64,000 nucleotides of DNA from a plasmid. The position numbers and the translations under genes were made by a program. The DNA lies in the sequence record NZ_CP049149.1, one strand, 5' to 3'. Positions 1 to 9,400 of the stretch are shown piece after piece (positions within the stretch are counted from its first letter, which is position 1; each line of letters opens with the position of its first letter). Under the pieces are notes generated by a model. It did no database searches. It was not told the DNA's origin and saw nothing but the letters and a program-made list of their open reading frames with translations.

Positions 1-1
1 T

Positions 2-541
2 TTCGCAGCTGGCTACACACAGGGCGTCTTCCAGCTGGAATCTGGCCCAATGCGCAAGCTGCTTAAAGATCTGGGTAGCGGTATCGAGCCAATGAGCTTT
101 AAAACGGTTGTCGCGACCACCGCGCTCTTCCGCCCCGGCCCCATCCAGTCAGGCATGTTGGATGACTACGTTTCTGTGGCCAAAGGCTTCATGCCACCAC
201 ATTCCTTGCACCCAATGCTAGACGATATATCTCGCGATACAAACGGCGTACTGATTTATCAGGAGCAAATCATGGCTGCTACGCGAATCCTGGCGGGGTT
301 CTCAATGGCGGAAGCAGACTCGGTCAGGAAAGCGATCGGGAAAAAAGATATGGAAAAAATGAAATCCATTGGTGGCGACTTCATTAAGCGAGCGGAGAAA
401 GGCTGGGTGACAGTGTCACTTGATGATGGTTCTACGCGGAAAATTCATAAAACGGCACGTTTGCTTTGCGCTGATGGTGAGCGTCGTACTTACGCCGAAG
501 CAATGGCTGTAAATGCCGACATAACGAGCTTCGATATTTGA
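2..541 (+). CDS. dnaE: DNA polymerase III alpha (DnaE-type) fragment, 5' partial. It ends shortly after the LIYQEQIM...GKKDMEKM region.
   Basis: FQLESGPM, ALFRPGPIQSGM and LIYQEQIMAA motifs match the E. coli DnaE core. The frame is open to the window start. A stop 43 codons after AEKG does not match DnaE. Confidence 0.8.
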   Translation, partial: FAAGYTQGVFQLESGPMRKLLKDLGSGIEPMSFKTVVATTALFRPGPIQSGMLDDYVSVAKGFMPPHSLHPMLDDISRDTNGVLIYQEQIMAATRILAGFSMAEADSVRKAIGKKDMEKMKSIGGDFIKRAEKGWVTVSLDDGSTRKIHKTARLLCADGERRTYAEAMAVNADITSFDI

Positions 542-589
542 TATTTAATTTATAAGATAAGAAAACAATTTGTTTAGTGAGTTTAAGTA

Positions 590-1324
590 ATGCCGGGTAC
601 GAAGTACAAAATCACAGAAGAATGGTTACGTCAGCGTTACATGGTTGACCTGATGAGAAAAGAAGACATTGCAGCCGAAGCTGGTTGCAGCAAGGCAAAT
701 ATTGACCGCCTATTGGCCAAGTGGGGGATTAGACGCGGGAGCGCTCGGATATCCGCTACCCCAGCTTGGAACCAAGGCAAAAATAAAAACAACGACGAAC
801 GCATGAAGCGACTCTCCGAAGCCCGGACTGGCGCTGGCAACCCTATGTATGGGAAGACCGCGTGGAATACTGGTCTGCGTGCTGATACCGATGAGCGAGT
901 GTCCGCCGTATCGAAAAAACTGCTCGGCAAAACAATCAGTGCGGATACGAAGGAAAAGCTTGCGGCTGCCAAACGCGGAAAGTTGGGTGATGAAGCGAAC
1001 AACTATAAAGGTGGCGTCATCTTAAAAACTAACGGCTATCTGATGCGGCTGGTTGGTAACAACGGCGTTTCGCAATACGAATACGTTCATCGGTTGATAG
1101 CGAAAGAACGGCTCGGCCGAGCGCTACGTGACAATGAACATGTACACCACATTAACCGCAATACGGTAGACAACGCTCCTGGGAATCTGGTGGCACTTCC
1201 AGAAGACGCCCACATTCGCCTGCATCATGACATGCGTGATGAGGTATGGAGCTGGGAGCGTCAGCGAGAATGGCTCATCGCCAATGGGTATGAGTTCGTG
1301 AAGATTGATGAGGTGACTGCATGA
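590..1324 (+). CDS. Free-standing HNH homing endonuclease with NUMOD-like repeats, inserted inside dnaE.
   Basis: HHINRNTVDNAPGNLVALPEDAHIRLHH is an HNH motif. GKTAWNTG/TPAWNQG repeats are present. It has its own RBS and an upstream AAACAATTTGTTT promoter element. Its stop overlaps the restart of DnaE. Confidence 0.8.
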   Translation: MPGTKYKITEEWLRQRYMVDLMRKEDIAAEAGCSKANIDRLLAKWGIRRGSARISATPAWNQGKNKNNDERMKRLSEARTGAGNPMYGKTAWNTGLRADTDERVSAVSKKLLGKTISADTKEKLAAAKRGKLGDEANNYKGGVILKTNGYLMRLVGNNGVSQYEYVHRLIAKERLGRALRDNEHVHHINRNTVDNAPGNLVALPEDAHIRLHHDMRDEVWSWERQREWLIANGYEFVKIDEVTA

Positions 1325-2490
1325 AAATTACCGGTGTTGTTGAAGAGAGTAATGGCCTGACGCATGAACGAGCCGAAGAAATCTGGAATATGTTTGAAAA
1401 ATCCGGCGCGTATGCCTTTAACAAATCGCACTCTGTTGCTTATTCTTTAATCAGCTATCAGTCCATGTGGCTAAAAACGCACTACCCGGCTGAGTTTTTT
1501 GCTGCTGCGCTCACCATTCTGGGCGAGGACAAACATCAGGGGCTTGTGAAGGATGCGCTGACCTATGGCATTCGCGTACTGCCACCAGATGTGAACATAT
1601 CGTCTAATCGCATTGAGATCCGCACGCTGGAAGATGGCAGCCAGGTTCTTTACGCGCCCTTCTCTGCCATCAAAGGATGCTCTGAGAATGGTTGCCAGGC
1701 CATCATGCGAGCACGAGAAAAGGTCGGTGGCGCATTCGAGTCACTGGCGCAGTTTGAAGAAGCGGTAGAGAAGCGTGCCTGCAATAGCCGAGTACGTGAA
1801 TCGCTGGACAAAGTTGGGGCGTTTGCATCCATTGATCCGGGCAGCTTGCCAGCCACCGCTCCGGAACGTCTGCGCGACCAGGCGGAGCTGATGGGCAATC
1901 TGGTAATCGACGCAGTGAAAGCCTCACGTCCGTTTGAAATGAACCCCAAGCGCTCTGCTGAGGTCAATTTGCTTATGACGCGCATGGCGGCCGAAATGGG
2001 CTTAGGAGATGAGCTGATCCGCCCAAGCATCGGCATTAAACCGAAAATCATGGTCATTCTGGATAACGCGAACGGCAATGATGGGCGTACCGGTTACTTC
2101 ATGGAGAACGGCTATGACGACTTCAAGGCCAAACTGCTTACTGCAGGCGACTTACGCATGGGCGATCTGTATGTCACCGGCGTATGTAAAAAGGTGAAGG
2201 ACAAAGAGAAAGACTACACCAAAGATGAAATCGGCCAGTTCACCGACTTCATGCGTGAAGAGATAAACCTGGTACGTCCGACTTATGTGCTGACGTGTGG
2301 CAGCCGGGCGACATCACTCTTCAATAACAAGAGCAAACCGTCAGATCTGGTTGGTCGTAAAGAGTATCTGCCGGAGCTGGATGTCACCGTCTTCTACGGG
2401 TTTAACCCGAACATTTTGTACTTCCGTCCAGAGGAAGGAGAAAAGCTGGAAGCGATTCTGGCAGAGGTAGCGGAGACTATTAACAAATGA
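1321..2490 (+). CDS. dnaE: DnaE C-terminal part (GAYAFNKSHSVAY finger region onward) fused to a C-terminal uracil-DNA-glycosylase (family 4)-like domain.
   Basis: ERAEEIWNMFEKSGAYAFNKSHSVAYSLISYQSMWLKTHYPAEFFAA matches DnaE residues about 790-830. The last roughly 170 aa (IMVILDNANGNDGRTGYF...YVTGVCK...VLTCGSRA) follow the UDG-superfamily pattern. Confidence 0.75.
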   Translation: MKITGVVEESNGLTHERAEEIWNMFEKSGAYAFNKSHSVAYSLISYQSMWLKTHYPAEFFAAALTILGEDKHQGLVKDALTYGIRVLPPDVNISSNRIEIRTLEDGSQVLYAPFSAIKGCSENGCQAIMRAREKVGGAFESLAQFEEAVEKRACNSRVRESLDKVGAFASIDPGSLPATAPERLRDQAELMGNLVIDAVKASRPFEMNPKRSAEVNLLMTRMAAEMGLGDELIRPSIGIKPKIMVILDNANGNDGRTGYFMENGYDDFKAKLLTAGDLRMGDLYVTGVCKKVKDKEKDYTKDEIGQFTDFMREEINLVRPTYVLTCGSRATSLFNNKSKPSDLVGRKEYLPELDVTVFYGFNPNILYFRPEEGEKLEAILAEVAETINK

Positions 2491-2930
2491 GCAAAGACAC
2501 CACCATGAACGAGGCACAGAAGATTGCACAAGAGCTGGCGAGCATCCCAGATGAGTTTCGAGATAAAGCAGTGGCGGCCACGCTGAAGTCGCAGTTCTGG
2601 GAAATTATTGATTGCCCGGTCACGTTAGATCTGGCGCTCGCGTTCGCCAGACTGGATGGGGTCGACAACACCAGCCGCTTGCGTAAATGCGCCAGAGCTT
2701 TGGCGCTAAAAACACAAGATCCCAAAGCGTGCGGTTATCTGCTGGCGATATACGAAGCTGACGATCCGCAGACGCAGCTGGAAGCATTCAAAACGTTCCG
2801 CGACCGCCTGGTACTTAAGGTGGCCAAAGAGTTTAAGGAGGTGAACAAGATTGGAGATGTACGGCAGTACAGATTAAAACGCCAAACTAGGGTAACTCTG
2901 TCGAATATTTTCGGTAGGAAAGTAGCATAA
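2487..2930 (+). CDS. hypothetical protein (147 aa)
   Basis: ORF is translationally coupled to dnaE (ATGA overlap) and is followed by a rho-independent terminator. Confidence 0.45.
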   Translation: MSKDTTMNEAQKIAQELASIPDEFRDKAVAATLKSQFWEIIDCPVTLDLALAFARLDGVDNTSRLRKCARALALKTQDPKACGYLLAIYEADDPQTQLEAFKTFRDRLVLKVAKEFKEVNKIGDVRQYRLKRQTRVTLSNIFGRKVA

Positions 2931-2931
2931 A

Positions 2932-2960
2932 GAAAAACCCGCCAAATGGCGGGTTCTTTA
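2932..2960. terminator. bidirectional rho-independent terminator (aaaaacccgcc aaat ggcgggttcttt)
   Basis: GC stem flanked by an A-run and a T-run, between convergent genes. Confidence 0.6.
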
Positions 2961-3539
2961 TGCGTAAACTTCTTCTTCGTGGTCATGCGGGCGAAGGAGT
3001 GAGTGCGCGATTGACTCCACTTCCTGAATGTCGCCAAATGCTCTTAAACGCAGGGCAAGGTTCCACTTGTTCAATGTGTACGCGTTACGCACCAGCTCTT
3101 CCCGCGCTTTTGCGTCTTTGCTGTCGAGACGACCGCAATCATTCAACCATTTAGCGACGTCTGACCAGTCCCAGAGTGGAGACTGACCGCTGATGCGCTG
3201 AATTGGGCAAGGGAAATCACCTTTGCCACGTAAACCGTCTTTAAGCAGAGTGATAGCCTGGCGAGTTAAGCCGGAGAGTTGAGCAATATCACTCAAGCCT
3301 ACCAGTGCTGAATCTACTGATTCAACCACTGCGCCGATACCTGCTGTTTCAATATTATCGATCGCCGATTTAATTGCCTCATCTAAAGATTCGGCTTCTC
3401 GGTCAAATTCTACATACACTGAGCTGCCGTAATAACAGATGAGCGCGTCATCGCAACCGTTGGTGTACAGCGCGTCTGCAAGACCTTCAGTCTCCATCTG
3501 CACACCCGATAATGTCAGTGTAAAATTATAGAGTTCCAT
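2958..3539 (-). CDS. hypothetical protein (193 aa)
   Basis: Long ORF with a downstream hairpin. No recognisable motif. Confidence 0.45.
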   Translation of the reverse strand: MELYNFTLTLSGVQMETEGLADALYTNGCDDALICYYGSSVYVEFDREAESLDEAIKSAIDNIETAGIGAVVESVDSALVGLSDIAQLSGLTRQAITLLKDGLRGKGDFPCPIQRISGQSPLWDWSDVAKWLNDCGRLDSKDAKAREELVRNAYTLNKWNLALRLRAFGDIQEVESIAHSLLRPHDHEEEVYA

Positions 3540-3591
3540 TTGGATCTCCTCGTCAAAAAGGCGGTTGCCCGCCTTGGCTAAAACTCCCGAA

Positions 3592-3828
3592 TCAGTCCTT
3601 TCTTGATTTCGGGTTACAGCGGTCGACCAGTCTGCGGATCTGCTTTGCGTGCGTCCCCGGGTCTTTAGGCGTGCTGTTTACGCTCATGGCGTGAGTACGT
3701 CCATGTTCGGCAATTCCGCATTTGATGGTACAGAATGGATGCCCTGTCGCTTCTTCAACGATCCAGCCTTTTTCTTCTGCATAGCGGAGTGCTTCACGTA
3801 CTTCTTTATTAGGGTGCTTCTTGCTCAT
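3592..3828 (-). CDS. hypothetical small basic protein (78 aa)
   Basis: ORF with an RBS. No motif recognised. Confidence 0.35.
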   Translation of the reverse strand: MSKKHPNKEVREALRYAEEKGWIVEEATGHPFCTIKCGIAEHGRTHAMSVNSTPKDPGTHAKQIRRLVDRCNPKSRKD

Positions 3829-4083
3829 CAGCCTCCTAGTGCGCTAATAATAGACAGGGTGTTAACACGAGTCAACACTCTTTGACGATGCCGAGTGTGA
3901 CGGATTAACACCCCCATACAGGCGCATCTACGGCTACGCAGTACTGACATTAGGTTATCAGATTAATCCTCGTTTTTTGTCACTTGCCACCCGACAAACC
4001 TTGTTTTTCTTGTGTCATAAATTTCTGCGCCTGAACGCTTCATGGTAAAATTGATACAAAATAGTAAGCAGGCAATTAACACT

Positions 4084-4515
4084 ATGAGCACCGAAATCTA
4101 CGAAAAAATCATGTCCGATCTGGAGTTTGACCGGGACAATCTTGAAGACGTCTGGCGTCAGCAACCACGCCTTTTAATGGAGTACGGCTCCAGACTCGCC
4201 CAGGCAGAGCGAGAGGTGGCTGATGCGAAGCTGTCACTGGACGCTATTGAGGCAAAGATTTACGACAACGAGCGTAAGAACCTGAGTATGAACGGCATTA
4301 AGTTTAATGAGTCCGTGCTGGAGGCGAAGGTCAGAACCAACCCACAGTATCTTTCCAAACGTCAGAAACTGGATGATGCGCGGTATAAAGCAGACCTTTA
4401 TAAGCACGCTGTGGCCGCCTTTTCACACCGCCGTGACATGATCATCCAGGCATCGAAAATGGCCATCATGGAAATTGAGCGGCTGGGTGCCGAACGCTTC
4501 CACTCTCCCCGTTAA
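4084..4515 (+). CDS. possible UvsY-like recombination mediator
   Basis: Size, helical heptad pattern and position immediately upstream of the gp32-like SSB and near the UvsX/RecA gene resemble T4 UvsY. The similarity is weak and pattern-level only. Confidence 0.3.
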   Translation: MSTEIYEKIMSDLEFDRDNLEDVWRQQPRLLMEYGSRLAQAEREVADAKLSLDAIEAKIYDNERKNLSMNGIKFNESVLEAKVRTNPQYLSKRQKLDDARYKADLYKHAVAAFSHRRDMIIQASKMAIMEIERLGAERFHSPR

Positions 4516-4634
4516 TTTATGCTGGATCGTAAGTAAGTACCGATCTATCATTCATCTCGCTCGAAAGAGCCACGAACAAACGAACGCCCAAAGCGCACAG
4601 CGCCAATGGCCACATAAACAACAAGGAGAAATAC

Positions 4635-5645
4635 ATGTCTAAGTCATTACTTGATCTGCTTAACAAGACTCGTGGCGATATTGCTTCCAAACGTGGCAAT
4701 AACGTTGACCTGACCCGTCTGAAAGACGGCAACAACTTTCTGCGCATTTTTCCGAACAAGGATGACCCGAACGGGGTGTTCTTCCAGACTTTCGGTATGC
4801 ACTACGTTAAGCATCAGAATGAGGAAGGCAAAGAAGTTACCACTGCTTATGTCTGCGAACAGCACACCCACGGCCGCGCTTGCCAACTGTGTGAGATGGT
4901 GATGGAAGGTCGTGTCCGCCACAAAGGCAACAAGGCGATGGAAGAGCGCATTAACTCCATGCGTGCTACCCCGCGTTATCTGGTGAATGGTGTACTGTCT
5001 GCCCGCGAAGACTTTGGCGATGCAGAGAAATGCCAGCTGATCGAGCTGCCGTCCACCGTCTTCGATGACATCTGCAAAGTCATGTCCGAAGACATTGCAG
5101 ACGACATCGGCAACCCGCTGAGCAAGGAAGAAGGCTACGCGTTCCTGATTAAGCGCACCGGCTCTGGTCGTGATACCAAATATGACGTATCGCCGAAGCG
5201 CAAAGTCTACAAAGGCGACATCGCTGAGAAACTCTGGACTACCCAGCATGATCTGATCGCATACGCGAACCAGGCCGACGAGACCCGTCTGCTCTCTACC
5301 GCGCGCACGATGGGTCGCCTGATTGGCATCGCAGCGCCAGCTGCCACCATGTCTGCACCGGCGATTTCGTCTTCTGCTAAATCCGCTGCCGCCGCCCTGC
5401 CGGGTTTCGGCTCCATCACTGGCCATACGGAAGGCGCCGCTGCTGTCGCTACAGCACACACCCCAGCGCCGGAATCCTCCAGCCTGGTTGATGAAGAAAT
5501 TCTGCGTGCCGCGGAAGCTGAGTTTAAGCCAGAACCCGAAGCGGCTAAGGCACCGGAAGCAGCGATCGAACCGACTGCTTCCGCCACCGCTGCTCCGGCC
5601 GAAGAAGGTCTCGATGACCTGCTGGCTGAACTGGACGCTCTGTAA
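4635..5645 (+). CDS. single-stranded DNA-binding protein, T4 gp32-like
   Basis: A His/Cys cluster (CEQHTHGRACQLCEM) is compatible with the gp32 Zn site. There is an Ala/Pro-rich linker and an acidic C-terminal tail (EEGLDDLLAELDAL). A terminator follows. Confidence 0.55.
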   Translation: MSKSLLDLLNKTRGDIASKRGNNVDLTRLKDGNNFLRIFPNKDDPNGVFFQTFGMHYVKHQNEEGKEVTTAYVCEQHTHGRACQLCEMVMEGRVRHKGNKAMEERINSMRATPRYLVNGVLSAREDFGDAEKCQLIELPSTVFDDICKVMSEDIADDIGNPLSKEEGYAFLIKRTGSGRDTKYDVSPKRKVYKGDIAEKLWTTQHDLIAYANQADETRLLSTARTMGRLIGIAAPAATMSAPAISSSAKSAAAALPGFGSITGHTEGAAAVATAHTPAPESSSLVDEEILRAAEAEFKPEPEAAKAPEAAIEPTASATAAPAEEGLDDLLAELDAL

Positions 5646-5663
5646 TCCCATCTCGTAACCAAT

Positions 5664-5690
5664 AAGGCGTCTACGGACGCCTTACTTTTT
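5664..5690 (+). terminator. rho-independent terminator after the SSB gene
   Basis: aaggcgtc tacg gacgcctt followed by a T-run. Confidence 0.6.
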
Positions 5691-5705
5691 GGAAGGAGTG
5701 TACCG

Positions 5706-6650
5706 GTGAATTATCTCTTAGTGGACGGTAACAGCCTGGGCTATTACCACCAACAATCAGACAAGTTGCACAACGGCGAAATGGAAGTTCAGGCAGCGTT
5801 TGGCTTCGTGAAAAACGTTCGTCGTTACGCATCCATCCTACATGCCAGACCGATGATTCTGTGGGATGGCTTTAGCGACAAGCGTCGTGATTTTTATCCG
5901 GAATACAAAGCGAACCGCGATGACGATCCGGATATGAAGAAGATGAAAGAGGGCTTCGCTCTCCAGAAGCCTTACATCATGAAAATGATGACCGCGCTGG
6001 GCGTTAACCAGCTCGTTGCGAAAGACGCAGAAGCGGATGACCTGGCTGGAATGCTGGTCTCGCGCCTGGCTCCGCAGCCCACTGTCGACCACATCTACTT
6101 ACTGACAGGTGATGGCGACTGGCTCCAGCTGGTGCGCGAAAACGTGAGCTGGGTAAGCCTTCGTGAAGACGCCAAGCACAAACAGGTGAACTTCGAACAA
6201 TTCGCAGAGCTAACCGGTCTGCCAACGCCTCGCGCATTTCTGGAAGCGAAAGCGTTACAGGGTGACACATCGGACAACATCAAGGGTGTCGGTGGTATTG
6301 GCGACGGCGGCGCTAAAGAGTTGCTGCATGAATGGGGAAGCGTGGCCGCAATGGTACGCGGTATCAATGACGGCTCCATCGTCATCGACAAAGGCCGCTA
6401 TAAGACCGCATTCAACAAGCTGGCAAAGAACGCGTTTAACGAAAAGACGGGCTGCCGAATGCTGGAGGCGTTCAAACGCAACATGACACTGATGAACCTC
6501 ATCGAAACGAAATTTCCGCCCAGCGAAATCGAGTCCATTAAAGGCGCGCGCGATGTTAAGGCGTTCGAACAGCTTTGCTACGAACTGAACTTCCGCTCGT
6601 TTCTGGAAGACCTGGACGTGTTCATCCTGCCATTTGAAAGGTACTGCTGA
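5706..6650 (+). CDS. 5'-3' exonuclease / flap endonuclease (T4 RNase H / T5 D15 family)
   Basis: N-terminal LVDGNSL, then EADD and GDGD acidic clusters. Length about 314 aa. Confidence 0.75.
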   Translation: MNYLLVDGNSLGYYHQQSDKLHNGEMEVQAAFGFVKNVRRYASILHARPMILWDGFSDKRRDFYPEYKANRDDDPDMKKMKEGFALQKPYIMKMMTALGVNQLVAKDAEADDLAGMLVSRLAPQPTVDHIYLLTGDGDWLQLVRENVSWVSLREDAKHKQVNFEQFAELTGLPTPRAFLEAKALQGDTSDNIKGVGGIGDGGAKELLHEWGSVAAMVRGINDGSIVIDKGRYKTAFNKLAKNAFNEKTGCRMLEAFKRNMTLMNLIETKFPPSEIESIKGARDVKAFEQLCYELNFRSFLEDLDVFILPFERYC

Positions 6651-6916
6651 TGCTGAAATCCATTATCAACGGTGGCGCTACCACCCCAACCATGCTGGCT
6701 AAAGAGATCGTGTTTTGCCACGGCGAGCACGCTGTTGTAGCGCTGCGCAGCATTCTGGGTACTGCCGGTATTTCTGCCACTGAACGTGAGTATGCGTTGT
6801 TGAGTGAGCAGGTTGTGAAAATCCTTGCTCGTATCGCAAAGCACCTCAACCACGACGTAATCAATTTTGACGAAGCCGCTGCTTCGAAGCGTATTAACGA
6901 AACTAAAGGAATCTGA
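6650..6916 (+). CDS. hypothetical protein (88 aa)
   Basis: ORF coupled by ATGA overlap to the exonuclease gene. Confidence 0.35.
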   Translation: MLKSIINGGATTPTMLAKEIVFCHGEHAVVALRSILGTAGISATEREYALLSEQVVKILARIAKHLNHDVINFDEAAASKRINETKGI

Positions 6917-6918
6917 TC

Positions 6919-9264
6919 ATGGCAAAAGGAAAATCCGCTCTTGCGCTGGCACTGAAAAAGAAAATTGGCAGCAACGACGAAATTCAGAAGGTCACGCACT
7001 GGATTGACAGTGGCTACCCTCCGCTGAATAAAGCGATCTCCGGACGTTTCGACGGCGGCTTCCCATGTGGGCGCATCGTTGAGGTATTTGGGCCACCAAG
7101 CGCGGGGAAATGTGTTACCGCAGACACCATGCTGCTGACGGAGCGTGGAATGGTAACAGTGAAAGAACTGTTTGAGATTGAGGGGCACAAAGCAACATGC
7201 ACTACTCGCGATGTAGAGCATAACGTTGGACTCATCAATGAAAATGGCGTGATAGAGAAGACCTCACACCTGACATGGAACAACCGTCGCAAATTCAAGC
7301 GCATTAAGCTGGCATCAGGGGGTTACATCGAGGCTACGTTCCGTCACCCAATTCGTGTGGTTGACGACTTAGGCAATATCGTCTGGCGGTATGCTGAAAA
7401 AATCAGTGTAGGCGACACGATTCCTTCAATGGTTGGCACACATCAATTCGGCGATCAGCACTTGGACGCCAATATCGCAAAACTGATGGGCTATTTAATT
7501 GCTGACGGATACGTGGCCTCTGAAAATTCTGTGCATTTTTCTAACACAGATCCATTCATCAAGGATGAGTACTACCGCCTCATTTCGCTGGTATCAGACA
7601 AGATGCCAGTTACGAGAAAACATAACGGCTCGGAAGACCATGTGCTGTTTAGCAAAGAGGTGCGTTCGCTGCTTTTTAAAGAATATGGTCTGGAGTATGA
7701 GAAAGCTGCTGGCAAGCAGGTTCCGTTGAGTGTGCGTCGCGCCAATAGCGAGGCTCAAATTGCATTCCTTCGCGGCTACTTTGAGCTGGAATGCCACGTC
7801 AATGATGGTCGCTGCATTGAGGTTGTGAGCGCGAGTGGGCTGCTGCTACAGCAAATTCGCCTCATGCTCCTGAATCTGGGGATTACGTCAACTATCTCTG
7901 AAAAACACGTCGCAGGTTATAAAAACATATATTACCGGCTGTCATTCAGTGGCTCTAACTACGACCTTTTCCTGTCAACGATTGGGTTCGAGTCTCCGGC
8001 TCGTTTAGCAGTGGCAACCAAACGGGACATTAGTTTTGACCGCACTTATTTAGGCTACGTTCCGCACATCAGCGGCTTAGTGAAATCACTCTACGAGTCA
8101 CTCACCAAGACCTCTCGTAAAGACTACGTTCTGGTAGATCACGTTATTGGCCGCGGCGATCGTGTCGGAATAGACAAACTACGAGAAATCTATGTCTCCT
8201 TCATTGGCAGAAAGAATCGTTTTAACGAGCATCTGTTTGCACAACTGGCAGCGGTAATTGACTCTAACTTGTTCTACGACGAAGTCGTGGCTATTGAGGA
8301 AGGTGAAGCACCAACGTTCGACGTAGCGATGCCGGAAACACACTCTTTCTGGTCTAACGGGATTATCAGCCACAACACATTCCTCGCGACGGCTGCAATG
8401 GTGTCAGCACAGAAACAGGATGGTCTGGCCGTATTCCTCGACCACGAAAACAGTTTTGACGTTGGCCTGGCAGTGGCTAACGGTCTGAACGCAGATGAAG
8501 ATGACGGCCAGTGGGTCTACAAACAGCCTGACACCTTCGAAGATTCGGTTGAGCTTATTGGCACCATCCTCAAGCTGGTGCGCGATGAAGAGTTAATTCC
8601 GGAAGACGCACCAATTTGTATCGTGGCCGACTCGCTGGCGTCTATGGTGCCGAACTCCAAAGCCGAGAAGTTCGACAAGATGGCGGATGGCACCGCGAAG
8701 GACAAAGACCAGCTGAATATGAACGACAATACGGCGCTGGCGCGCGCGACGAGTGCGAACTTCCCTACTCTGGCGCTCTGGGCGAGAAAATATAACGCCT
8801 GCATCATTTTCTTGAATCAGGTGCGTACAAAGATTGGTGTGATGTTTGGCGATCCGACAACGTCTCCGGGCGGCGACTCGCCAAAGTTTTACGCGTCAGT
8901 GCGCATCCGTCTGGGTGCATCTGTCATGAAGGACGGCAAAGACAAGATTGGGCAAGACGTGGGTGCCGAGTGCATCAAAAACAAAGTGGCGACGCCATAC
9001 GGCAAATGCTCATGGAAGTTTTACTTCGACCCGAGCCGCGGTCTCGACGTCATCGAGTCTTTAGTTGAGTACATGCTGGAAGAAGGATACCTGCCAAAGA
9101 ACGCCAGCGGCCGAGTAGAGATTGGCGACAAGAAGTTCACCAAATCGCAGATCGTCGACATGTACCGCGAGAAGCCCCTTTCGGAGATCATCGCAGCGCT
9201 GCAAGCGATTGACGAAAGACGTGCCAAAGAAACGGCACCAGAAATCGAAGAAGAAGTTGAGTAA
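6919..9264 (+). CDS. recA: RecA/UvsX-family recombinase interrupted by an intein in the Walker A motif
   Basis: Exteins GRIVEVFGPPSAGK|TFLATAAM, FLDHENSFD, KQPDTFEDSVELI and VADSLASMV align with RecA GRIVEIYGPESSGKTTL, FIDAEHALD, SQPDTGEQALEI and VDSVAAL. The ORF is 781 aa against an expected ~359 aa. Confidence 0.85.
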   Translation: MAKGKSALALALKKKIGSNDEIQKVTHWIDSGYPPLNKAISGRFDGGFPCGRIVEVFGPPSAGKCVTADTMLLTERGMVTVKELFEIEGHKATCTTRDVEHNVGLINENGVIEKTSHLTWNNRRKFKRIKLASGGYIEATFRHPIRVVDDLGNIVWRYAEKISVGDTIPSMVGTHQFGDQHLDANIAKLMGYLIADGYVASENSVHFSNTDPFIKDEYYRLISLVSDKMPVTRKHNGSEDHVLFSKEVRSLLFKEYGLEYEKAAGKQVPLSVRRANSEAQIAFLRGYFELECHVNDGRCIEVVSASGLLLQQIRLMLLNLGITSTISEKHVAGYKNIYYRLSFSGSNYDLFLSTIGFESPARLAVATKRDISFDRTYLGYVPHISGLVKSLYESLTKTSRKDYVLVDHVIGRGDRVGIDKLREIYVSFIGRKNRFNEHLFAQLAAVIDSNLFYDEVVAIEEGEAPTFDVAMPETHSFWSNGIISHNTFLATAAMVSAQKQDGLAVFLDHENSFDVGLAVANGLNADEDDGQWVYKQPDTFEDSVELIGTILKLVRDEELIPEDAPICIVADSLASMVPNSKAEKFDKMADGTAKDKDQLNMNDNTALARATSANFPTLALWARKYNACIIFLNQVRTKIGVMFGDPTTSPGGDSPKFYASVRIRLGASVMKDGKDKIGQDVGAECIKNKVATPYGKCSWKFYFDPSRGLDVIESLVEYMLEEGYLPKNASGRVEIGDKKFTKSQIVDMYREKPLSEIIAALQAIDERRAKETAPEIEEEVE
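7111..8376 (+). mobile_element. intein (422 aa) with a LAGLIDADG homing-endonuclease domain, inserted after the P-loop Lys
   Basis: Starts with Cys (CVTADTMLL, block A). TFRH is block B. Two LAGLIDADG motifs (LMGYLIADGY, FLRGYFELE). Ends ...IISHN followed by Thr at +1. Confidence 0.85.
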
Positions 9265-9268
9265 ACAA

Positions 9269-9293
9269 AGGGCGTCCAATGGACGCCTTTTTA
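9269..9293 (+). terminator. rho-independent terminator after recA
   Basis: agggcgtcc aat ggacgcc followed by ttttt. Confidence 0.65.
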
Positions 9294-9400
9294 TTTTCAT
9301 TATTATCACCATTAAGAAAACAATTTGTTTTCTAACTCAAAAGACAAAGTGACAGTGCAACGCCACCAGTGGCGACCCGCTGTAAATCAGGACAAAAGCA

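Noticed and set aside
542-1320. Intein interpretation of the dnaE interruption
   Set aside because: Stop codons and a frame change separate the two DnaE parts. The endonuclease has its own RBS and promoter, so it is not an in-frame protein-splicing element.
4647-5651. 334-aa minus-strand ORF
   Set aside because: Antisense to the SSB gene. It has a low-complexity Arg/Gly-rich translation typical of an antisense frame.
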